From the NCBI GenBank assembly GCA_964608455.1, contig CAZSNM010000005.1:4069-68068 (forward strand): a DNA stretch of 64,000 bases, given 5' to 3'. Every line of letters begins with the position of its first letter. The stretch's first letter is position 1. The position numbers and the translations under genes are program-made. The notes below the pieces were generated by a model that had not been told where the DNA came from, made no database searches, and worked only from the letters and a program-made list of their open reading frames with translations. Of this stretch, positions 1 to 9,682 are shown piece by piece. This stretch comes from an uncultured Candidatus Bathyarchaeia archaeon. Its GTDB lineage: Archaea > Thermoproteota > Bathyarchaeia > 40CM-2-53-6 > DTDX01.

Positions 1-232
1 TAACTCTAGATAAATGATTTAAATCGGTTTTGCTTTCTCTTGCTTGAGTGCAAAAACCACAGTTAGCAATGCATTTTCCTTCATAAAAAGTCATTAAATA
101 AATTGTTTTTGGAGAAACATTTATAAAGCCTTTTTTTAACCCAATTAATATTGCTGAACCTATTGAAACTCTAATTTTGCTTGGTAGAATTAAGTTTGAT
201 TCTTTAAATTTAATAGCAGTTTCCATTTTTAC

Positions 233-1477
233 TCAATAACCAAACTTTTCTGAAATACCCATATAGTTTGTTAAAATGGCCATTATATCCATTCCTTTTA
301 TTCTGCATAAATTTCCTTGAGAAGCTGTTTTTTCACAAAATTTCTTGATTTCACTATGAAAGGTTTCCGGTCCATGAATTAAAATTGGAGTGGGGTCGCC
401 TGAATGATCTTTAAAGTTTATTGGAGTGCAATGATCAGCTGTGATGGCAACGTATGTTTCATTTAAATCTAATTGATCAATTAATCTACCAATCATTTTA
501 TCTATATTTTCTATTGCTTCAACTTTAGCTTTAAAGTTTCCATCATGCCCTGCCACATCTGTAGCTTTTACATGAAGAAGAACAAAATCATAATGTTTTA
601 TAGCTTTAGCTGATTCATCAGCTTTACCATTAAAATTAGTGTTTAATCCTCCAGTAGCTCCTTTAACATCTATTATTTCCATTCCAGCTATACGGCAAAC
701 CCCTTTAACTAAAGCTACAGCTGCTATAGCAGCTGTTTTAATCCCATATTTTTCCTGAAAAGTTTTAAGTTTAAAATATGAGCCTGCACCTCTAGCTAAA
801 ATTATGTTTGCAGGTTTTTCACCTATTTTAACTCTATTTAAATTTATTTGATGGTTTTTAAGAACATGAAAAGATTTTTCCGTAAATTCATTTAAAGCTT
901 TAGCCATTCTTTCAGCTTCAATACTATCATCTAAAGGTTTAGATTTCAATGGTTTAACACCAATTTCATGCGGATCTGTATCGCTTACATTTTTAGAAAG
1001 TTTTTCTCCACGAAAAATTAAAACACCTCTATGCTCAATTGTTGGATAAAACTCTACTGAAACACCATTAACACTTTCAATTTTTATTTGATTTATTGCT
1101 TCGGCTAACTCCTTAATTCCAGTTTTTATTCTTCCAGCCCTTCTATCAACAATTGTTAAATCTTCATTTACAGTAGCAAAATTTGCTCTAAAAGCTATAT
1201 CACCAGGTTTAAGCTGGATTCCAGCTCCAGCAGCTTCTAAACTTCCTCTACCAGCATAACATTCATAGGGATTATAACCTAAAATAGCTAAATGAGCTAC
1301 ATCGCTTCCAGGTCTAATACCTGGACTTATAGGATCCATTAATCCAACTAACCCTTCTTTAGCTAACTTATTTAGGTTTGGAGTATTAGCTGCCTCAAGA
1401 GGTGTTTTATAATCATATTCTTTTGCAGGTCTATCGCCCATTCCATCGCAAATTATTAAAATAGCTTTTTTACTCAT
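233..1477 (-). CDS. apgM: 2,3-bisphosphoglycerate-independent phosphoglycerate mutase, archaeal type (ApgM)
   Basis: 414 aa ORF. The N-terminus KAILIICDGMGDRP is typical of archaeal cofactor-independent PGM, and the C-terminal metal-binding His/Asp-rich region (ITADHCTP) is present. Confidence 0.8.
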   Translation of the reverse strand: MSKKAILIICDGMGDRPAKEYDYKTPLEAANTPNLNKLAKEGLVGLMDPISPGIRPGSDVAHLAILGYNPYECYAGRGSLEAAGAGIQLKPGDIAFRANFATVNEDLTIVDRRAGRIKTGIKELAEAINQIKIESVNGVSVEFYPTIEHRGVLIFRGEKLSKNVSDTDPHEIGVKPLKSKPLDDSIEAERMAKALNEFTEKSFHVLKNHQINLNRVKIGEKPANIILARGAGSYFKLKTFQEKYGIKTAAIAAVALVKGVCRIAGMEIIDVKGATGGLNTNFNGKADESAKAIKHYDFVLLHVKATDVAGHDGNFKAKVEAIENIDKMIGRLIDQLDLNETYVAITADHCTPINFKDHSGDPTPILIHGPETFHSEIKKFCEKTASQGNLCRIKGMDIMAILTNYMGISEKFGY

Positions 1478-1560
1478 TTAACATCCTTCTCCTTAAAACA
1501 GTTAGAAAAATTATTAAGAATGTTAAAGATAAATATTTCAAGTTTTTAGAGGTTATAAAA

Positions 1561-2172
1561 TTGTATGCAGAATCATTAAGAAAACTTACCTCTCTATTAA
1601 TTTTAATTAACCTATCAACTTATGGTTTTTTAGCCTTTTTAAGCAAAAACCCATTAATTATAGATTATAATTTGCTTGCGATTTACGGTCAATATAATTT
1701 ATTTGTTTATGAAGGTTGGTATTGGCAACTTTTCACTTCATTATTTATTCATGCTAATTTGCTTCATGTTTTAGGTAATTCTTTATTCTTAGCTTTTTTC
1801 GGTTTTAAAGCTGAGGAATTATTTACAAAAAAAGTTTACTTATTTACATATTTTGCTTCAGGTTTAACAGGAAACTTGCTAACTTTGTTGATGGGAGCAA
1901 ATATTGTTTCAGTTGGAGCTTCGGGAGCAATTTTTGGTCTTTTCGGTGCCTCAACAATATATATGAGGAAAACAATGAATCAATCTATTTTAAGCGCTTT
2001 AATATATGCTATGTACTTATTTTTAATGAATATTGGAGCAAACATAAATTTAGTCTCTCATCTCGGAGGATTGGCAACTGGATTAATGATTGGTTATATT
2101 TTAGCTAAAAAACCAAGAAGCTACTATACTTTGCATTATAGTATACGCTATGTAAATGTAACTATTCCTTGA
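1561..2172 (+). CDS. rhomboid family intramembrane serine protease
   Basis: Polytopic membrane protein with GxSG motif (GASGAIFGLFGA) and a downstream His in a TM helix (HLGGLATG). Confidence 0.75.
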   Translation: MYAESLRKLTSLLILINLSTYGFLAFLSKNPLIIDYNLLAIYGQYNLFVYEGWYWQLFTSLFIHANLLHVLGNSLFLAFFGFKAEELFTKKVYLFTYFASGLTGNLLTLLMGANIVSVGASGAIFGLFGASTIYMRKTMNQSILSALIYAMYLFLMNIGANINLVSHLGGLATGLMIGYILAKKPRSYYTLHYSIRYVNVTIP

Positions 2173-2367
2173 TTAAAGTTAATTTTCCAGCTTCTAAAGA
2201 TAACTTTATTTATTAGTTTGAGTATTCATTACCTCTCTTCTATATTTTTCTTTTTCATTAAAGCATAAGTTATACCACCTGTTTCACTTTTGTCAACATA
2301 AGCTAATATGAAAAATGTTTTTCTAGTCTATTTTATAAAAAGATAAAGAATTTTTAGCTTCAATATT

Positions 2368-3033
2368 TCAAGTTGAGGCTTTAATTGCTAAATTGGATTC
2401 TGCAAAAAGAACTTCAGGCAATTCATAAAGAAAACTTTTAAACCTTAATATTGGCACTATTAATGAACCATTAAGGCTTTTATATGGTACATCAGCTAAA
2501 GTAATTATTAAAGGTAAAATCATAAAGCTTTTGTTTTTCTCAATTTTTAATTTTAAAATTAAATTAGGCAGCGATTTGCTAAATGATTTAACTCTTTTAA
2601 AATGTTTTTCTGCAGCTAAAGCAACCTTGCTTTTATACCAACCAAAACGCCATCCTTTGCAATCTAAGCATAGAATTACCGGTTCCTTAATGCCTATAAC
2701 ATCAATTTCCCATTTTTTATTTTTTATATCCTTAAATATGAATCTTTTAAAGGTTAAGTAATTGTTATACTCAAGAATTACAGAGCTGAATTCCTCAAAT
2801 TCTTTCCAATCTAGTAATCGAGAAATTTTTTCGAAATCAACTCCAAGATTTACAGCTTCAACAGCAATCATTAAACGATTAAAAGAATCAACATATATTT
2901 TTTCACCATCAAATTTTAATAAACCTTTATTAAAAGCCTCATTTATTTCAGTTAAATTAAACTTATTAAAAGTTAAAACTTTATTTTTTTTAGTTTGATT
3001 TAAAATGGAAAGAAGAAAATTTTTTGTAAACAT
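2368..3033 (-). CDS. hypothetical protein, possible PD-(D/E)xK nuclease fold
   Basis: 221 aa. The motif WEIDVIGIKEPVILCLDCKG resembles D...(D/E)xK restriction-endonuclease-like cores. No confident family assignment. Confidence 0.35.
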   Translation of the reverse strand: MFTKNFLLSILNQTKKNKVLTFNKFNLTEINEAFNKGLLKFDGEKIYVDSFNRLMIAVEAVNLGVDFEKISRLLDWKEFEEFSSVILEYNNYLTFKRFIFKDIKNKKWEIDVIGIKEPVILCLDCKGWRFGWYKSKVALAAEKHFKRVKSFSKSLPNLILKLKIEKNKSFMILPLIITLADVPYKSLNGSLIVPILRFKSFLYELPEVLFAESNLAIKAST

Positions 3034-3034
3034 T

Positions 3035-3394
3035 TTAAATCTTAATTGGTTTAATAATCCCCGCTAAAGTTAAATTAACAATACTGTTAATGCTTGCTTC
3101 TCCACTCACTTTACCATATTCATTTTTTATTTTAGTCCAAGCTAATTTGGTTCTTCCGCTTTTAGAAATATAAGTTATTTTTAAAATTTCTTTTGCCTTA
3201 ACAAATTTTACATTTTTAATCATCCCAAGCAACTCTTTATATTTAGCTTCAATAATAATTATTGATCCTTCACCAATTTTTTCAGGAAAAACCTCTTTAT
3301 TAAACATCCATTCTTTAGGAATAAAGCTTTGACAAACATTTAATATTAAGAATTTTCTAAAAGCTTCAAGTTTGCATAAAGCATTTATTTCCAT
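3035..3394 (-). CDS. hypothetical protein
   Basis: 119 aa ORF, separated by 1 nt from the upstream gene on the same strand. Confidence 0.4.
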   Translation of the reverse strand: MEINALCKLEAFRKFLILNVCQSFIPKEWMFNKEVFPEKIGEGSIIIIEAKYKELLGMIKNVKFVKAKEILKITYISKSGRTKLAWTKIKNEYGKVSGEASINSIVNLTLAGIIKPIKI

Positions 3395-3414
3395 ATTTTA
3401 TTAATTTTGAAGTT

Positions 3415-3735
3415 TTAGGAAACCTCAATAATTAATTGATATTCAGGAACATTTAATAATGTTAATTCTAATCTCCAAAATTCATCTTCAGCAGGAGAAG
3501 GTATTGAAAGCAAGCATTTTTTATAGCAATGATATTCTACATTTAAACCTGATACATTTATAATTGTTCTTTCAGTAATCTTCATATCCTTTTCGGTATA
3601 AACTTTATTTAATGCTTGAATTTTTACTTCAATTGAGCCCAAACCCAACCAAAAACATTCAATGCAAATTTGATTTGCTCCTTTCCTAACTTTAAAATTA
3701 AATGTTGCAGGAACCAAATAAGCTTCTTGAAGCAA
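3415..3735 (-). CDS. hypothetical protein
   Basis: 106 aa ORF, third member of a three-gene minus-strand cluster. Confidence 0.4.
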   Translation of the reverse strand: MLQEAYLVPATFNFKVRKGANQICIECFWLGLGSIEVKIQALNKVYTEKDMKITERTIINVSGLNVEYHCYKKCLLSIPSPAEDEFWRLELTLLNVPEYQLIIEVS

Positions 3736-3896
3736 ATTTTCACCTCCAATAAGTTTTTAAGTTAAATTATAAAAATAAACTTTCTTAAGCTTATTGAAAA
3801 TTGAATAAAATTATGAAGATTTTTACAAAAACAATTAAAAAATATTATTAAAAGCGGGTAAATTAAAAAAATAAAAAATATTTTTGGTGAATATGT

Positions 3897-4094
3897 TTGC
3901 CTCAAGAAACTGTTTGTTCAGGTTGCGGTACTATTCTATATAAGGGTTTAGAGCCTGAACCTCCAATTGAAACAGTTAAAAGATATAATGGTGTTTGCCC
4001 CAATTGCGGAAGAAAACTTAATATAGACCCTGAAGAAATTGAAATTCAAGCTTCAAGAAAAATTAAGCAAGTTATAAAGTTAACTAGCTTTTAA
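3897..4094 (+). CDS. small zinc-ribbon protein
   Basis: 65 aa with two CxxC pairs (CSGCG ... CPNCG). Confidence 0.45.
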   Translation: MPQETVCSGCGTILYKGLEPEPPIETVKRYNGVCPNCGRKLNIDPEEIEIQASRKIKQVIKLTSF

Positions 4095-4136
4095 ATAAGA
4101 AAAACTTTTAAAGCTTATTTTATTTACCGCTTATCT

Positions 4137-4403
4137 TTATTTCTTTTTTTCCTCAACTTTTTCAGCTATTTCCTTAGCAATTTCCTCTATGCTTTTTCCT
4201 CTAGTGTCTATCCCTAATTTTTCAGCTGTTTCTAAAATAGCTTCTTTTCCGCTTTTTTCAGATTCAGTTCCTTCAACAGCTTTTTTATATTGTCTTATTG
4301 AATCTCCAATGGATCTAGCAAGTTCAGGAAGTTTTTTTCCTCCAAATAAAATTAAAACTATAGCTAAAACCAATGCTATTTCCCATGGACCAATAAAGGC
4401 CAA
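4137..4403 (-). CDS. tatA: twin-arginine translocase subunit TatA/E
   Basis: 88 aa with an N-terminal TM helix followed by an amphipathic helix; MAFIGPWEIALVLAIVLILFGGKKLPELARSIG matches the TatA signature. Confidence 0.8.
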   Translation of the reverse strand: MAFIGPWEIALVLAIVLILFGGKKLPELARSIGDSIRQYKKAVEGTESEKSGKEAILETAEKLGIDTRGKSIEEIAKEIAEKVEEKKK

Positions 4404-4492
4404 AACTTTAAACCTCCTTTTCCTTTACATTTAAAATTAAGGTTTCCACTACTACTTAAATCTTTTTCACTTTTAGTAGTAAGTTATAGATT

Positions 4493-4729
4493 TTAAGCTG
4501 AAATTAATGTAGCAGTTTTAACTATTCCAGGAATCTTTCTAATCAATGCTACTGTTTCGCTTAAAATTGAAAAATCATTAAGCTCAATTCTAACTATTAC
4601 ATCATATTCTCCATAAACAACTTTTGCTTCTGTAACGCCTGGAAACTTTTTTGCTTCTTTAACTACTTCTCTTTCTCTTCCAGCTTGAGTATTTATAAGC
4701 ATATAAACAATTGATGATTTTTCCTTCAA
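4493..4729 (-). CDS. stand-alone Lrp/AsnC C-terminal (RAM) domain protein
   Basis: 78 aa; matches the AsnC-type ligand-binding domain (YDVIVRIELNDFS...). One of four such paralogs in the window. Confidence 0.65.
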   Translation of the reverse strand: MKEKSSIVYMLINTQAGREREVVKEAKKFPGVTEAKVVYGEYDVIVRIELNDFSILSETVALIRKIPGIVKTATLISA

Positions 4730-4796
4730 AAATTAATCAACCTCAAAATTTAATTTTACTTTTATATAGCAATTTTATGCTTTAAATATTTTAGAT

Positions 4797-5921
4797 TTAA
4801 AATGGAAAGGCTATAAAGCATAGAATTAACATAACTATGGAAAGTATATAAAGAATTTTTCTAGAGTTGCTTAATGGAGAAACATCATCTAATGGTTCAG
4901 CACCTATTACTCCTCGTCCACTTCCAAACATCCATAACAAAAGAAATAGAGCAAAAAACCAATATCCCGAAAAAATCAATATAATTAACCCAATTAAAGA
5001 AGCGACTTTATGTCCTGAAGCCCCGAATATAGCTCGAGCTACATGACCTCCATCAAGTTGCCATATTGGAAGAATATTTAAAAATGTTAGTAAAGCGCCA
5101 ACCCAGGCAGCAAACTCTATTTGAGTTAAAACAAGCCTAAAACCTTGAGGAATTTGACGAATCAAAGGTAAAAGAATTTCAAATAATAATGGTGATTTTG
5201 GCCAATCCATTCTTTGAACTAGTTTTTGCTGCTCCCAAACGGCTACTTCAGCTTCAGGCACAAGAAAACCTAATTGAAAACTTAATATAGCTATAAGAAT
5301 TGTAGCTATAAACCCTGCAAATGGACCTGCAAATCCTATATCAAAAAGCTCATCCTTATTTGTTGGAGGAGACTTTAATGATACTATTGCTCCAAAAGTT
5401 CCAAATGGTGGAGGACCAGGAATAAAATATGGTAAAGAAAAAGTTAATCCATGAATTTTACAAGCAAGAATATGCCCTGATTCATGTAAACCAATTATAG
5501 CAAAAAGCGATATAGTGAATAAAGCTGCTTGAAGAAAAGCATTTTCACTTTTCATTAAAATTTCTTTTAATATTGGAGTATTAATGAAGCTATAGTATCC
5601 GGCTAAAAATATTGTTCCTAAAGTTGCGCTTAATAATATAAGGTTTAAAAGGTTGCTTTTTCCTTTTCTTTCAAAAGGTTTTAAAAGAATTTTTATAACA
5701 TATCGATTTTCTTCTTTTCTTAAAAAAGGCATTAAATTAAGTTTCATAAATTCTTTAGAAGCTTTCTTAAAGTTTTCCTTGGTTATTTCAGGTGAAATAA
5801 TAAAGTTTGGAATTCCCTTTTCATCTATATATGCATCTAACACATTAAATTTAGAGGAAATTAAAGCTTTTAATTCAGGGAATGAAGGATAATAGGGTGT
5901 TTCTAAATAATTAAAAGCCAT
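4797..5921 (-). CDS. site-2 protease family (M50) membrane metalloprotease
   Basis: HExxH (HESGHILA) inside a TM helix, an LDGG motif (WQLDGGHVARAIFG), and multiple TM segments. Confidence 0.75.
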   Translation of the reverse strand: MAFNYLETPYYPSFPELKALISSKFNVLDAYIDEKGIPNFIISPEITKENFKKASKEFMKLNLMPFLRKEENRYVIKILLKPFERKGKSNLLNLILLSATLGTIFLAGYYSFINTPILKEILMKSENAFLQAALFTISLFAIIGLHESGHILACKIHGLTFSLPYFIPGPPPFGTFGAIVSLKSPPTNKDELFDIGFAGPFAGFIATILIAILSFQLGFLVPEAEVAVWEQQKLVQRMDWPKSPLLFEILLPLIRQIPQGFRLVLTQIEFAAWVGALLTFLNILPIWQLDGGHVARAIFGASGHKVASLIGLIILIFSGYWFFALFLLLWMFGSGRGVIGAEPLDDVSPLSNSRKILYILSIVMLILCFIAFPF

Positions 5922-6043
5922 TCTACTTCATCCTTTTAATTGGGATAATGATGTTTAATCTTATTTATTAATTTTATGAAATAATAATTGAAAATTAAAT
6001 AGAAAAACTTTAATAAAAATGAAGGTTTACGAATTTTCAGGAT

Positions 6044-6520
6044 TTGATAAAAATGTTTGTTATTAGAAGGTTTAATCCAAACGATTTGAATGCTGTAATC
6101 GAAATAAATAGAAGATGTCTTCCTGAAAATTATACAATTAATTTCTTTATGGATATTTATAGAAATTGTCCTGAAGCTTTTTTAGTGGCTGAAGCTGAAG
6201 ATAAAATTGTTGGATATATAATGTGCAGATTAGAATATGGCTTTTCAGATTTTAACAGATTTAAACTTGTTAAAAAGGGGCATATTGTTTCAATAGCTGT
6301 ACTTAATGAATATAGACGAAAAGGAATAGGTTCATCTTTAATTGCTCAAGCCTTAAAAGAGCTTGCTAATGCTCAAGCTAAAGAATGTTATTTAGAGGTT
6401 AGAATTACTAATGAAGCGGGAATAAACCTTTATAAAAAGTTTGGTTTTGTAATTACTCAAAGAATAGCTTATTATTATCATGATGGAGAAGATGCTTACG
6501 TAATGTCTAAAAAGCTTTAA
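6044..6520 (+). CDS. GNAT family N-acetyltransferase (RimI/Ard1-like)
   Basis: 158 aa with the acetyl-CoA binding motif RRKGIGSSLI. Confidence 0.75.
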   Translation: MIKMFVIRRFNPNDLNAVIEINRRCLPENYTINFFMDIYRNCPEAFLVAEAEDKIVGYIMCRLEYGFSDFNRFKLVKKGHIVSIAVLNEYRRKGIGSSLIAQALKELANAQAKECYLEVRITNEAGINLYKKFGFVITQRIAYYYHDGEDAYVMSKKL

Positions 6521-9261
6521 GTTTTAACTTCTGGATAACTCATAGACTTAAATTTTAAAGATTTAAGTTGAAGAGAAATCCTTTTTAATAATTCTTCTTC
6601 AGTGATGTTAAGGGAATGAAGCCAAGCTTCTAATTGTTTTTGAATAGAAACAACATTAATGTTTTTTTCCATTAAAATTTCCCATTCATCTTTAGAGTTT
6701 TCATAATTCCATTTTGGAAGTAAAAACTTGTTTATTTTCATTTTTTTGGCTTTTAAAGCTGCAAGAAATTTTCCTGCACCTCTCCATCCAACACCGCCTA
6801 CTGGACCGACATTCCCTTTAATATCTCCTTTTCCAGTCATAACTACTGTTGGTTCAACTTTTATTTGAGTAAGCTCTGAAATAGCTGCTACGCTAAAAGC
6901 AACTCCTAAGCTTGGACCGCTAACTCCTAAACCTGAAGCCCCCTCCAATGGGCTAACAACTTCAAATATAAAATCGAATTTGGAGATGTCTTCACCAATT
7001 TTTTCTCTAACATATTTTTTAATGTACTCAACTACGTTTGCAGCACTTTCAATTACGCTTGTATCTTCAATAGCTGTTGGACCAACAATTGTTGACTTTG
7101 AAGCGCCTGTTACAATAGTTTTTCCATCACCATTTGGATTTATTACACATTCAACTATAAGTATTATTCCTCTTCTACCAGTTGGATCAGTTCCAAGCCC
7201 ATAAGCCACACCAGTTTCTGGTTCCTCAAAAACAGCACTTTCCTGAACATCCATTAATTCCTTATCTATATCTTGTTCAAGTTGTTGTGCAGCTTTTTCA
7301 AAATGATAAAGTTTAATTTTATAGTTTTCTCCAGTTAAATCGATAGGATTTTTAATTAATTCTTCTTCTTTTAAATTTAATACTTCACAAAGCCTCTTTA
7401 TATCATCATAAAACATTTTTAAAACTTTGCGTTTATGATTTTCATCTCCTTTTTTAAGCTCCCAAGAAGCGATAATCTCTTGGGTTCTTAATCGATTAGC
7501 AGATCTTATTATTTCTGCAACAACCCTTGGAGAAACAATTCTATACTTTTTTATTATTCTTAATACGCCATCAATGGTAACTTCCGGATCTAAATGCTCT
7601 AAATAATGATTTAAATGAATTCTAATTATATCTCGTCTTTCAGCATCATTTCTTGGCAATGGTATTTCTATAATGTTTGGTTCAAAACGATTTAAAACAG
7701 CTTCATCAACAGCTTCAAGTCTATTTGTAGCAGCTATAACAATAACATTTTCGAGAGGTTGCAATCCATCAAGTTCAGTTAATATTTGAGCAGTTATTCT
7801 ATCGCCTACAGGATCTCCTTTACGCTTTCCAGCTATTATATCAAATTCATCAAAAAATATTATACTTGGAGCTGCTTTTCTAGCTATTGCAAATAAATCT
7901 CTTACATTTTTTTCAGGTTCACCAACCCATTTAGCATTAATAAGAAGTTGAGCTGCTGGAGCATAAAAGAATTCAGCACCATTTTCTCTAGCGATAGCTT
8001 TAGAAATATGAGTTTTACCACAGCCAGGTTCACCCCAAAGAATAAACCCCTTAGGAGGTATCCAACCAAGCTTATTTACAAGCTCGGGCTTTAAACTTAA
8101 TGAAATTGTTTTAAAAATTTTTTCCTTTATACCAAATAATCCTCCAACATCATCATAAGTTATTGAAGGTTTTATTTTAAGAACAGAACTTATAACTTCA
8201 ACGCTTTTTTCCTGTTCAACATATCCTCTAAGCTCTCTAGCTACAGCCTCAAAATCTTCTATTGAAACCCTATATTTAATCTCGCTTTTTTGAGTTAATC
8301 TTCTTTCTAGTCTTTCAAAAAGGCTTTTTCTAATTGGCGCTATTTTCTTTTCTCTAACCTTATTGCAAGCATCAATTATATCAAATGGGGTTAATTGTGT
8401 TTGCCTATAAATACTTACTCCTTTTTCTAAAGTTTTCATAACTTCCTCTGGATTTAAATAGTCCCATCCATGACTTTTAAGTTCTGAACTTAAAATAGCT
8501 AAAAGCATTTCCCTAGTTATGTTTTGATCCAAATCTATTGTAAACGCTCTTCTTCTTATATCTTCTCTAATAGATTCATACATGCTTGTAGCAGCTATTA
8601 AAATAGTTCTTGTTGATGTATCTAAAAGTCTTCTTAAATTATTTATGAAAATGCTTTGAACTCGTAAATCTTCCATTTCAGCTACTCTAGCCGCTTTAGC
8701 TGTATCAATTTTTTTACCAAAACTTTCAAATTCATCTATGAAAATTATGCTTGGCGTATTAAAGGCTTTATCAAAAATAGCCATTAAGTTTCTAGCTGAT
8801 TGACCATAGAGAGGATCAAAAACTTCAGGTCCTTTAACAAAAATTGGTTGAACATTTACACCATTTTTTATTCCATGCATAACTCCTTCTCTAATGCATA
8901 CTTCTGCAAGTAAAGATTTTCCGGTTCCGCTTGCACCTTTAAGAATAAAGAATTTTGGTGGTGGAGCATCCTTAAGTAATTCTTTTATATATTTATCTTG
9001 AACAACATGAAAGCTTATGCTGGACATTATAAGCTCATATTCTTTATCTCTTCCAACAAGTTTTTCTCTTTTTGAAGGATAATTTTTATCAAGCTCCTTC
9101 ATCAACTTTTGGAGTTTTCTTGGAGTTAACTTTGCATTTTTCCATCTTCGATACTCCTTAGTTGTAACATATAATGGGAAACTTAATAGCATACCAAGCT
9201 TAGGATAACGAATCCACCAAGGTTTAAATTCTTCATCATTCTTCTTCATCGATAAGCTCAT
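6517..9261 (-). CDS. tandem AAA+ ATPase fused to a Lon-type (S16) protease domain
   Basis: Two Walker A/B modules (GASGTGKS / IIFIDEFESF and GEPGCGKTH / IIFFDEFD). The C-terminal region has the Lon proteolytic signature (GVAYGLG ... GPSLGVAF ... VVMTGKGDIKGNVGPVGGV ... AGKFLAALKAKK) with the Ser-Lys dyad context. No TM helices seen. Confidence 0.7.
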   Translation of the reverse strand: MSLSMKKNDEEFKPWWIRYPKLGMLLSFPLYVTTKEYRRWKNAKLTPRKLQKLMKELDKNYPSKREKLVGRDKEYELIMSSISFHVVQDKYIKELLKDAPPPKFFILKGASGTGKSLLAEVCIREGVMHGIKNGVNVQPIFVKGPEVFDPLYGQSARNLMAIFDKAFNTPSIIFIDEFESFGKKIDTAKAARVAEMEDLRVQSIFINNLRRLLDTSTRTILIAATSMYESIREDIRRRAFTIDLDQNITREMLLAILSSELKSHGWDYLNPEEVMKTLEKGVSIYRQTQLTPFDIIDACNKVREKKIAPIRKSLFERLERRLTQKSEIKYRVSIEDFEAVARELRGYVEQEKSVEVISSVLKIKPSITYDDVGGLFGIKEKIFKTISLSLKPELVNKLGWIPPKGFILWGEPGCGKTHISKAIARENGAEFFYAPAAQLLINAKWVGEPEKNVRDLFAIARKAAPSIIFFDEFDIIAGKRKGDPVGDRITAQILTELDGLQPLENVIVIAATNRLEAVDEAVLNRFEPNIIEIPLPRNDAERRDIIRIHLNHYLEHLDPEVTIDGVLRIIKKYRIVSPRVVAEIIRSANRLRTQEIIASWELKKGDENHKRKVLKMFYDDIKRLCEVLNLKEEELIKNPIDLTGENYKIKLYHFEKAAQQLEQDIDKELMDVQESAVFEEPETGVAYGLGTDPTGRRGIILIVECVINPNGDGKTIVTGASKSTIVGPTAIEDTSVIESAANVVEYIKKYVREKIGEDISKFDFIFEVVSPLEGASGLGVSGPSLGVAFSVAAISELTQIKVEPTVVMTGKGDIKGNVGPVGGVGWRGAGKFLAALKAKKMKINKFLLPKWNYENSKDEWEILMEKNINVVSIQKQLEAWLHSLNITEEELLKRISLQLKSLKFKSMSYPEVKT

Positions 9262-9610
9262 ACCATTCCCTCTTTTTAGCTATTCCATAAACTATTCCAG
9301 TCAAAATAACAGGAAAAATAGGTAGGAGTAAAATGGATTTTGAAATATGGATAAACAGATTTTTTCCAGTTAAAAACTTGAAAGTAAAACTTCCAAAAGT
9401 TAAAATTAAAGCTTCAAGTTCAACAATTCCAAAAGCTATTAAAAAGGCATAAAATAAAACTCTTATAATCATCGCTATAGAATCCTTTTTAACCCATCTA
9501 TCTCTTTTCCTAACTTTCATATCTTTAATATTTAATATTCCAACTGAAATAAATAAAGTTAATATAACAGCATATGAAGCAAATACTATTAGGGGAAAAA
9601 AATTAACCAT
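9236..9610 (-). CDS. small integral membrane protein (3-4 TM)
   Basis: 124 aa hydrophobic ORF that overlaps the start of the AAA-Lon gene by 26 nt, so probably co-transcribed. Confidence 0.5.
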   Translation of the reverse strand: MVNFFPLIVFASYAVILTLFISVGILNIKDMKVRKRDRWVKKDSIAMIIRVLFYAFLIAFGIVELEALILTFGSFTFKFLTGKNLFIHISKSILLLPIFPVILTGIVYGIAKKREWYELIDEEE

Positions 9611-9682
9611 AAAAATGTTCCCTAGTAAATATTGTTTTTCATCCTCAAAAATATTTCGTTTTTCTTTGGTGATTAATTAAAA

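Noticed and set aside
2531-2998. Plus-strand ORFs 2531-2761 and 2762-2998
   Set aside because: Entirely antisense to the longer 2368-3033 ORF; AT-rich shadow frames.
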